Below, in pieces: positions 43,601-55,600 of a stretch of 58,168 bases of DNA (position 1 is the first letter of the stretch; each line of letters opens with the position of its first letter). The position numbers and the translations under genes are program-made. This stretch comes from Phoronis australis. Lineage: Eukaryota; Animalia; Phoronida. Where the stretch lies: positions 246,645 through 304,812 of the forward strand of contig NMRA01000522.1 in the NCBI GenBank assembly GCA_002633005.1, in the 5' to 3' direction. The notes under the pieces were generated by a model. That model searched no databases. It was not told the origin of the DNA and saw nothing but the letters and a program-made list of their open reading frames with translations.

Positions 43601-46600
43601 GCAGAATCTGCCCAATTAGTGTATCCAGGGGAGTACTGGATAGAAACACGCTGATATTTAGGCATCAGCCAATTCAACCCAAAGCTGAAAGCAAAATAAG
43701 TAATGAACAAATAATGGTATGATCATTTGAAAACATTAGGTTTCAACTAGATTTGTATTGTGCATAATGACCGTATACAAATAATTTTTCTCTGCATTGA
43801 AATGCCAGAATATGATACACACACTGAGCAAACAGTACACACATTCCAACACACACTGAGCAAACAGTACACACATTCCAACACACACTGAGCAAACAGT
43901 ACACACATTCCAACACACACTGAGCAAACAGTACACACATTCCAACTCAAGAACAATAAGGATCTGACACAAAGTGCAGGCTTATCTTGATAACATTCCT
44001 AAAAGTTAATTATTAAGCTAATTGGCTACCTTAAGTTCCCAATGACTTAGTTTTCTAAAGACTGTATTATAACATATCCATAAAACTATTGATCCTTCGT
44101 GAACACAGAATTTTTTGATGTGCGCAAAAGCAATGTTCAGATGTTAGCAACGACTTTTATTAATAGCGATTATTCACTGAAATTGGTGAATTTTCTGTTT
44201 TTATTATTCTATAGCCTATAAATTCATGTCTGGGAGTTTTCTTCAAAGGCCATTTCCTCCAAGAGTTTAGATGTCAGAAGTCAAGACTAATAATGTCATT
44301 TTTTTTCAAGGAATTCTGTCTTCATTTTTGGCGACAGAGCTGTCTAGATAAAAGGCCCTAAAGGAAAATCCCAGGAAAGCTTTTGTAGGTGATAGAATAT
44401 AGAAATAGTGTTTGTAAGTTCTATGAAAAAATTGATGTAGGAAATGACTTCAGTCTCCATGACAAGTTGAGATTTTTCAGGAGAAATGCAGTCACATGAT
44501 AACGAAAATCTAACATTATTTTTTAGCACAGATCAAGATTACGCAACTACCAGGGATAAGATGTCTGCTGTTCATAGATAAAGTTAATTAAAGGAATTAC
44601 AAACTTGATAACAAAGGCAGCTTATCACCTCAACTCATTTTATAAAATATCAAATATTCTAGAATATAACTTACATGTTAAACAGCTGCACTATGAACAT
44701 GTTCTGCTCCTTGTTACTAATGAGTGCTTGTGACAATGACGCAGGACAACTCCTGCCTATAGTGTAACACACACTTTTACCAGGAGCGCTGAACATATTC
44801 CTAGGACAAGGCTCTGCAACAGAATTAAATAACAAAAGTCACTCACATCATTCATTTGAGTATGCAATATTAAAATTTAGTTAAGAAGCGCAATTTTTAT
44901 CTGTGAAATAATCAATTGATCTTTTTGTCCCACTACTGAAAAGTTTTGTTCATAATTTGCATATGAATAAATAACTGTCTGTTAAAAAGCACACAACTTA
45001 CGCTGTTTTACAGCTCTGGGGTAACACAATGGTTGTGCCTTTAAGTAATCATTGCGACAGATAAACCCATAACCACAAGGATTTCCACGACAGAAGTCTT
45101 GCATAATTTCACAGTTCTCTCCAGAGTAGCCTGGCTGACAGGAGCAGTTGTAGCTATTTACACCCTGGCTACATTTGCCATTGTTGTGGCATGGCTTAGC
45201 CTCACATTCATCTGAAGAAACAAGACATAAACCATTACAAAAGGTGAATAATGTAAGACCAACAAAAGTAATAGACTCATTGGAAACAGGAAAATCTAAA
45301 AAAAAAATTTAACACTCTAGTTATCACTAAAACTCCTCACCAGATGCTCACTGATCACAAACAGTGACAGAAATAACCACGTTCAACTGAACTTACTTTG
45401 TCACCACTGCTACAAGAGTACTTAACTGTATCACATTCAACTAAAATATTGCTCGCTACTGCACAACGTATTCACTAAGACTTTGTCACTGTGAAATTTT
45501 TCTACTACTTAGGAACACAAAATTCATTGTTCACCAATAGCTACACATCACTGTTTACTGTATTTACCAATATCTGTTTCACAGCGTAGTCCAGTGTAGC
45601 CAGGAGCACAGACACATCTACTGTGGATGTTGTTGTCATTAGTGCAGGTTCCTCCATTTTGACATTGACTCTCCGGACGAGTACATATTTCTTGGGTTTT
45701 ATTACATCTAAAATAGTCATGAATTTTCAAATATGTAGCATTATTATAGTGAAGTACTCCAGTTGCTTATAGATAAGAAAGACAATGTTGTGCTGAAGAA
45801 TGAGACGATTGGCAAACCATGCACAAGCCAATCTCTTTGACCCTGATATATTTAAACTGCAATGACTAAGTATAACACATCTCCACCGTCCACATTTCCA
45901 ATTAGACTTACCTGGCAAACCACAGTAATTGAAATCCCCCAAAAGGAACATTACATGACACATGCATAAAGTTTAGTTAAAGCCAGCACAAACCATGGCC
46001 AGGTTATAATTACCTACTATGTTTATATGCATATATTTATCCAAAGCAGCATCAGTGCATTATTAACCTTTGCTAGAATTGAAAATGGTTACAATAAAAT
46101 GCTTAGAATTTCTCTGTCTCATACATACTGTCTTGAAAAATTGAAAACTAACCAGTCACGACAATTAACTTTAACAAAAGCCCTGGTCTATGCGTTTAAG
46201 CCTAGAAGGAAATTCAAGTCAAGACAGAACTGATATGACAGAAAGCGACTCAAATCAAAAGTTGTTTTTTTATAGAAGGCACAGATTTACTGCACCTTTA
46301 AGAAATAATTGGTCAAACAGAAAGTCATGAAGCGACAACTAGAGGGAGCAATAAGTGGCCATCTGTCTTGTAAAGGAGATCATACATCATCTGTCCACAG
46401 CCATCCTCAAGATGTCCTGGGGATATCGTCCTTTTAGCTAAATACTTGTGAACAACCCAAGAGAACAGCAACAACAAGTTAAATGTAGGACTAAGCAAAG
46501 AGACTCAGAGTGCACTGAAGTCTGTGGAATTTGACTCAAAGGATACAAGACAAAGGAATAATTCAAATAAAGCAAGCCACTCATGCTCACTATGGCAAAC

Positions 46601-49600
46601 CACAAGATAAAGTAAACCCTGAAAGACAACTCATGCCATTGGGATGAAGTTAAGATATAACATGCTGCAGATCTTAGTTAAGCTCCTGACTGCCGTCTTC
46701 ATGTTTAAACTCTGCAACAAAATGAACATGAACATGAGAGCACTGAGAACAGTTTTGAAAACTGCCTTCACTGCATCGAGCATCCAATCATGTATCTCAA
46801 ACAGTCATGTATCTCACCCAGTCATGTATCTCACCCCGTCATGTGTCTCACCCAGTCATGTGTCTCACCCAGTCATGTGTCTCACCCAGTCATGTGTCTC
46901 ACCCAGTCATGTGTCTCACCCAGTCATGTGTCTCACNTCTCACCCAGTCATGTATCTCACAGTCATGTATCTCATCCACTCATGTATCTCATCCAGTCAT
47001 GTATCTCATCCAGTCACGTATCTCATCCAGTCATGACTCATCCAATCATGAATCTCATCCAGTCATGTATCTCATCCAATCATGTATCGCATCCAACACT
47101 AATGCTTAAGTATCCCAAAATAAAGTGATCTTCAGTGTGACAGTCAGCATAAAAATGGCAGTCAGTTATGCATGTTCAAACATTTTGAGTGGTTTAATAT
47201 GCCAAAAATATTTAGTATAGCCATGAGCTCCATTCAGAGCAGGCACAAATCATGGAAAACTACAAATGACTCTGTGTTCTTTCAGAAACAGAGTGATTTT
47301 TTGGCAAACGTAAAACCAAATCGAAATCCTATACCTTCCACGGAAATATACACAACATGTTCTCACATAACAGTGGTAGGCCACAGTGGTCAAGCTACAG
47401 TCTCATTTAGAGCAGGGACAAGTCAGCCTTCACACTCTACAGAAAATATCTTATTTGTTAAACACCAAAAGATTACTTTGCGTTTTTTAAACACGTAATT
47501 TCATCAATCTCTGTGCTTTCATGTTGCATGTCATTTTATGATCATGTTTGCAGTGTTACCATACTCAGTTAATGCCCCGGACGTTTAAATCCATTAAGTA
47601 TAAAATTCAAGACATAGTGTTGATATTCAATTGGACAGCACAACAAAATTTGGTCAATCAATTAAAGTTGAAAGTTTTTTAAATTCAAGGGAGGGAACTG
47701 AGCCCAGCAAGGGCTCTAACCAGAATGAACAAGGATAGTTATATTTTTGCAGACAAAAGCAGTGCCAAAACACACCATGAAAGCAGGGTAATATGAAAAA
47801 GTCTTACCTTTCAATTTTATTGCTTTAAAAAGTCAGAAAAAGCACATATCATGCAGTTTACTATGAACAGACTTATTTTTATACACTCACTTACTACCAT
47901 CTTCAAGGGATTTTAATTTGAATGTAACTGCTCTGTAGTTCCTTAGCAACAATCATAATGTTAACTGTAACTCCTTAATGATTTTGCACAAAATTAATTG
48001 ACGAAGATGCCATTTTTCTCATTGTAAAAGCAGAGGACTTTGCTGCAAATAATTGTGAGCTAAATGCACTATATTGTGTGCAAAGTGCACATTATTGTGT
48101 ACTAAGTCCACCATATTGTTTGCTAAGTCCACTACAATGTGTGCTAAGTCCACTACATTGAGTGCTCAGTCCACTACAATGTGAGTCAAGTCCACTATGC
48201 TGTGTGCTAAGTTCACTACATTGTGAGTCAAGTCCACTATGCTGTGTGCTAAGTTCACTACAATGTGTCCCAAGTCCACTATAATCCCACTAAGGTTACA
48301 GGTCTACAACATGAGAAAGAAAATGAGATAATGTTATATAAACTGTTTGTCACTTACTTAACTCCACCATATCCATCTTGACACAGACATGTGTATTGCT
48401 GGAAGGGCAGATCTTGACACATACCATTGTTCATACAAGTGTGATTCACACAGTTGTTTTCATCATTCTCGCATCGGTCACCAGAAGCTAAAAAAGTAAA
48501 AGAAAANGCTGTGTGCTAAGTTCACTACAATGTGTCCCAAGTCCACTATAATCCCACTAAGGTTACAGGTCTACAACATGAGAAAGAAAATGAGATAATG
48601 TTATATAAACTGTTTGTCACTTACTTAACTCCACCATATCCATCTTGACACAGACATGTGTATTGCTGGAAGGGCAGATCTTGACACATACCATTGTTCA
48701 TACAAGTGTGATTCACACAGTTGTTTTCATCATTCTCGCATCGGTCACCAGAAGCTAAAAAAGTAAAAGAAAACTGCATGCTTTTCAGTACTGCTACTAG
48801 GTACTGTTAGACATCAGCAATGAATGTAAATTTGTCACTAGGTACCGTTAGACATCAGCAACGAATGTAAGTTTCAAAGGATGTAAAAAGTCCTTGTTTA
48901 TAAGCAACACTAATTCTCACCTCTTGTACACTTAAACAAATTATCAGTAGTCATTGAGTAAGCACTTTTTCCTTAAAAAACATCATCAATAATAAACGTG
49001 CAAATGGGTTGTCACAGTCTCCTAGCTTTCAAGTCTTGCTACTGCTACATATCATACCACCAAGTGTTATACTGGGTATATATATGGTCATGCTACTGCT
49101 ACATATCATACCAGCAAGTCTTATACTGGGTATATGGTCAACCATTTTGTAAAATAACTTTCCAACAATGCATGGGAAGTCTGTTTTACCTCCAGGTAGA
49201 CATGTACAGTTGAAACCATTCAGTAGGGGAGTGCAGGTTCCATTGTGGTAGCATGGGGAAGACTCGCAGAAGTCAATCATTTTGTCACATTGAGAGCCAG
49301 TGTAACCTGAAAGTACAGGAAATTAAGTTGAAAGGACAGTTATATATATTTCATTTACAAATAAGACTACAGGAGCCAACATTTCAGTGGAAAATGGAAA
49401 TAATTAAGCATATGTATTCTCTCAAAATGAAAGGTTCACTTAGAAAGCAAGGGTCCAAATAATTTGGCAGGATCCCCTCTTAAAGTCGGAAGTCATTAAA
49501 TGCACACAAAGTGTAATAAATTCACAAAGCAACACAAAACTGTGACATCAGTGGAACTCAATGCACCCTGCCTGATTAATTCTTACCAATAGTATGCCAG

Positions 49601-52600
49601 TTGAAACAATACAACAAGTGTGCAGCATTGGTATGCACCTAGTGTGTGCAAATACAAGAGATGAGTATTTCAAAACTGTCCCCTAAATGGAGTTAACTTA
49701 AAATAGCTTCTATAGGGTGCAAAGCAAATAAGAAATAGTCTCCTCAACTGTCACCTTTAATCATGATTCTTCAAGAAGATTGGAGGATAGGGAGGCGATG
49801 AGTAAAAGCAATGAGAAAAAACAAACTTCATATCATTTTTGCTTGTCTCGGGTGGACTTTCTCTCTTGAAAAAGGGAGCAACATAAATATAATGCAACAC
49901 CAACTCGATTTTCAAAAATAAAAAAAACAGAACCAATTATGCATTTTGGGCAAAACTAGCTTAGAAGAGCATCTGAAGTTGCCCTATTTTTGAAAACTAA
50001 TTCAAACACACAATGTCTTTTCATACTGCTGTAAAACATGAAAGTTAAAGTCAGGATGTGTGAATTGTACTACAAACACTAAGATGACAAAGCTGACATG
50101 ATAGTAATAGCCAAAATACTTGAATGACCCAAACAAACATGTAAAATGCATGTCAAATTTTGACTCACCTTCACTACAGATACAGACAGGGACATGGTTC
50201 AAGATGTGGCATGTACCATTTCCACAGCTCAAAGAACACACATCTGGAAAGTAACAAAATTCAAACCACAATAAAGCTATACCTATGTTGCTAACATTCC
50301 ACACCAAAATTCATTGCACAAACACATCATAAACATCTCATTGACACACCCATTGTGCACAAACACATCATAAACATATCAGTGACACACCCATTGCATG
50401 TTTTGCTCTGAAACATAGTTCATCGCATAACTCTGGTAAAATAGATTAAAATAAAAAACACAACATTCAAAAATAACAAATACATACCGTATTATTCACA
50501 TGAGTTTAAAAGCAAACCAATGGTCAACTTAGTCATATTCATTATTCAATACATATCCACTAAAATTGACTTAATTAACCTTAAAAGGAAACAAAGACAT
50601 TAAACAACGTGATCTAACATATAAAACGTCCTCTGAATCTGACCATATAAGGTATCACCTGGTAATCAAACTCAAAAAGGCTGTAGCAAAACAAGAATAA
50701 GCAAGACTGTTTTGGTAGCTACAGAATGAACCTTCCATGATAACAGGTCTACCTGTGCAGTTGTCCTGAGAGGTCATGCCAACTTTCAGTGTTGTCTGAT
50801 TCTTCAACGAGCATTCGATACATTGCGATTGGCCAACAGTTGACTGGTAATAACCCCGAGGACACTTATTACAAGGCAGGAAACCATCAAAGGAGAATTC
50901 ACCAAGATCACATTCACCTTTGGAGAGAAATTCACAAAACATGTAGCCCAACTTATATAATGGTTTATTTATAGACACATTGGATAAGTTTGTCATCTGA
51001 CAAGCTTTAATCAACTTTCTTTACAATATTAAGATAAGTTCAAAAAGCCTTTCAACCAATTAACAGGCTTTGGAAGATGTATATTGACCTAAGCCCATAA
51101 TTCTCTTATAGCAAACACAAAAGACAGATGTCAAGGAGCAGAGCAAAACACAAACTCATGATGCTTACATTCTCAATCTGGAATTTAAATGTCAAAGGTC
51201 ATTATAGATAAACTCAGCAGATTCACAATCAAAATACTAGGGAGATGAAAAACAAAAGAAAAAAACAGGCACAAGTCAGTCAGTGAATGCAATCCTACAA
51301 ATCCTCGCTAGAGGTAGATAGGGATTTTATTGTCTTTCATGAATCCTCTCTCATCAGGGATTGTATTCAGAAGGGCTTTTATCAATTTTATTTAACTTAC
51401 CTTTCATTGCAACAAAGCGCAGGGCTTTAATGTCTTTTGCATGGTCAATACAGAGAAGCTCTTTTGGTTGACAGACAGCAGGAGACTATATATCAGGTAT
51501 TAACAGACTGCTTTGTATATTCATAGTCTCTACATAACCACCTAACTCCAAATTCATGCAAGGTCTACACTTCAAAGAGTGACACTGTTCAGTATGAGAG
51601 CACGCTTAGGTACACTATACCAGACAACTTACCAAGGCACAATGACACATTTGAGGCACCACGCTGTCTGGTAGTTGATGGAGGACTTGATGGACATTTT
51701 GTACACTGTTGATCATTCATCCAGTACTCTCCAACGGGGCATTCGCTGCACGGTGGTAGACGGTTGGACGAAATAGTACCAGGTGCACACGTACCTTCAA
51801 TGGAAATCAAACAAAGTTGCAATCAGTCACTCACCATGAACCCATGGTAACCTACTCCATGGCGGCAAGAGAGTAAAGGAGAGTTCAGATGTTTTCATAA
51901 GCAAGTTTAAGTGACAGTTCATTCACTGCATAGGGGTTGACGTCATATGACACTTAGCCAACAACGACTACATAAAGCGGCACAATTGACAAAAAAAAGT
52001 TTCAGATCAGTCCTAAAATGGATTTGAACTCACGGCCACAGCGGTTACAGCACCATTTTTTGCTAAATTTGCTAGTAAATTAACTTTTATCCATAGTCAA
52101 TTGATAAACACCTTGACCTTGATTTCAGGAAATGTCTGGCAGCCAATGGTTATAATTTGCAATTTGTAATAAAATCACTAACATCTTATGGATTTTGTTG
52201 TATTTAGTTCTTGTCAAGAAGTCCATCCCATTCTACAAGAATCCCAAAAATGTTTTTTGGCCCTAAAATAAAATGTGTCCCCTTTAAAACACACCACACA
52301 CAACGGCTGAACACTCTCAGTAAGGTAATAACCTTTGGCACACTCTTAAACTTGCAGCATTATCTTTACTTACCCTTACACTCTGTCTTGTCAGTAGCTC
52401 CCTCATCATAAGTATGTGTTCCATTAGGACACTTCAAACATGAAGACTGTCCACCCTCAGTCTGGTAATAACCTTTGGCACACTTTTCACAACTTCCAGT
52501 ACTATTCAAGAAAGTTCCAGGAGGACAGCCCACTGAAAAGAAAGGAATGAGAACAATGTTCCAAAACAAGTCTGTGAAAGCAAAAAGTGGCATGTCTAGC

Positions 52601-55600
52601 CTGTGGCTGTCACTGTTTATGTTTGCACTAGTATGGATGACTGATTATTTCTGCAGCTTTTAAAAATGAACAAATCAAATTTGGTCAAAATATTCATTTA
52701 AGACCTCCACAAGAAAAATGAGGGAACCATCACCACTGACAGAGGTAGGTTGACACTGGTTTTAGTTGGAAGTTTTCTTGTATGCTCTAGTTAAAACCAA
52801 AAGCTAGCACTTGACTTACTCAATCTAAGCCAGGCCAATGGTTATGTAATTGATCACAACAAAATATTTGGGAAGACTCCAGAATGTTCTATCATATTTA
52901 GTGAATGATACAGAACCATAGTGTGGAACATTCTAGAAGCCTAGTGCATATATTTATAGAATGACTGGGTACAATTCATAAAGTTTTATAATGTGCCTGA
53001 ATTGGTGAAAAACTTCAAAACATTGCAACAGACCATCAATATTGGGACACAAGCTACAGGGAGTCTGTTTGTGCTGCAACAGACCATCAATACTAGGACA
53101 CAAGCTACAGGTAGTCTGTTTGTGCTGCAACAGACCATCAATACTAGGACACAAGCTACAGGTAGTCTGTTTGTGCTGCAACAGACCATCAATACTAGGA
53201 CACAAGCTACAGGTAGTCTGTTTGTGCTGCAACAGACCATCAATACTAGGACACAAGCTACAGGGAGTCTGTTTTTTGCTGCTCACAATGCTTCAAGGTA
53301 TGCGCCTTATATTGTTTTGTTCTTCCTGACATTATGATTTAGGCTCCCCAGTTTTTGGCAAATTAAGCCGTATAAGACTATGTGGTACTATTTCTCTAGC
53401 ATCTCATAAGATTGCCACCTAGAGTTAGTTTGAGTCGAAGTTATTTTCTTTCTTCATACAAGTTTGCTAATTCCCTATGGTTTTGAGACCTTCCTCGTAG
53501 GTCATCATCTGCTCTGTTGCACTCATGTTGCCTAGAGGTGTCGTTGCATAGCACCAGAACATAAATCTTTGGATCTTGTCCACTCATTATTTTTGCGATA
53601 ATGGATTTCATGTAATTTGTGGCTCATTAATGTTTCTTCTCTTTTACTAGTTACCATGCCAAATACACTAAATTAGTAGGCACATTTGGTGTTGTACATT
53701 GTGTTGTACATTGTGTTGTACATTGTGTTGTATACACCGGTGACCTAAAGTCGTGAATATAAGCATAATAAGCAGTTGATTGTCATACTACCCAGTGCCC
53801 GTTTGCAACTGCTCATGTGATGTCATGGACATATATCAGCCTTCACAAATATATGTGTTTTGACAATCTTAATCCTTGTTTGTATCCGTAAGCAGAGTTT
53901 TAAAACTGTTGCTGATATCGCCGGCCATTTTGACTGAGGCCCTAAAGTCGTGAACGTTTCGTTTAGACGGAAATGCACGAAGTATGACCATACAAGTCAA
54001 CTACAGTGCTTACAGTTACTCTAGATGACATAAAAATGCATTGCATTGTTTATTAATTCAATTTCAATTGAAATAAATTGTTATAAGTTTTGCACCCAAC
54101 TTTTATATGCACAAACGTTTTCAATGAGGTTGTTCACGTAAAACGCTAAGAACCCAGCATCAATTATCAGTATTTTATTGTTTTGGCCTTACAAAACTTG
54201 ATCAACCCTGGGACATTTTGATACATTGTTCAAGCTACCCCTGGAGCGCGTTTGAGTAAATATGAACGATAAATATTTTCGAAAATAAATCCCAAAAATG
54301 CCCAAAAAAGTGAATTAGAGAAATGTGCTGTTTTTAAGATACATTTGAAAAAAGAAGCCACTGGCTAACTGTTTGTTATCATATTGTGAATACGAACACG
54401 TCCGGGTATTCGTTTGACGTTCGTAAGCAGACGAACGCTGGAAACTTCAACGCCAGATGTCGCAGGACCGCGCAGAAGAGGAAATATGATCGTTCACGAC
54501 TTTAGGGCACTCACGACTTTAGGACCTCTGACGGTACATTGTGTTGTACATTGTGTTGTACATTGTGTTGTACATTGTGTTGTACATTGTGTTTTCTGAT
54601 TGACATCTGCACTATAGAGGGCAGAACACAGTCAGTCAGTCAACAAGTGACTGGTACTGAAAGTGACTCAAGAGGTCATCACACATAGTGGCTTAGTAGC
54701 ATTAGCAAAGACACTAGAATAGACAATAAGTTGCAAGTTTGTTTCACTGGGCTTGTGTGCTGAAGGCTACCTGTACCCACCCATACACTGGGCTTGTGTG
54801 CTGAAGGCTACCTGCACCCACCCATACACTGGGCTTGTGTGCTGAAGGCTACCTGTGCCCACCCATACACTGGGCTTGTGTGCTGAAGGCTACCTGTACC
54901 CACCCATACACTGGGCTTATGTGCTGAAGGCTACCTGTGCCCACCCATACACTGGGGAAATGTGTCAAGCAAAAATGATTTGTTCTACTGTTACATGCCT
55001 CACACAGCTGCACTGAGAACTTTGAATAAGTCAAAACAAAATTGAGCTGTTGTGGCAAAAATAATGAACAGTAATTGAAACAGTTTTGAAACTACTGATT
55101 TCTCCTAACTATTATGGTTGGAATCTGAAAAATGCAGGGTTAACTTATCTCCCTATAATTTTCAAAGTTTGAAAAACAGGAGTCAATTCAACTGTCAGTG
55201 AGAACAATCTAACTACTAGATACTTACGACACTGGTTCGTGTCCTGCTCCACCCTCAGTTTAGTATCATCAGGACATACAAAATGGTTGGACAATGGATC
55301 TGGTATAAGGTTGTCTGCTTCTTGAAATGGCTGACCCAGTAGAACTAGGCCAGGACAGTTGTCTGGGGTCACAGGGTCGTGTAACGCATATGTTGCAGAA
55401 ACTGCATTACTAATTAGCTGGAACTGTGCCTTAATGAACGTGGAGCAATACTGGTACTCATCATCCATGCGTGTCTCATCCTGTATCTCATATGTGAGAA
55501 TGACTTCCACCTTCTACGGTAGAAAAAACAACCAGCACTGTAAAACTACATGACAGTGACCACTCACACTCAAGCTTGTGTGATACAATGTTTGTCTATT

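Noticed and set aside
35429-50243. Notch, Crumbs or fibropellin gene call from the EGF repeats
   Set aside because: The flanking GCC, HYR, Sushi and PAN domains do not fit those families. No gene symbol is assigned without phylogeny.
51270-51375. Short inverted pair gaatgcaatcct / gggattgtattc
   Set aside because: Too short and imperfect to define an element.
52005-52060. B-box-like gagttcaaatcc on the minus strand (also ggttcaaacc near 18890-18905) suggesting tRNA
   Set aside because: No cloverleaf or A-box could be built; at most these are SINE remnants.
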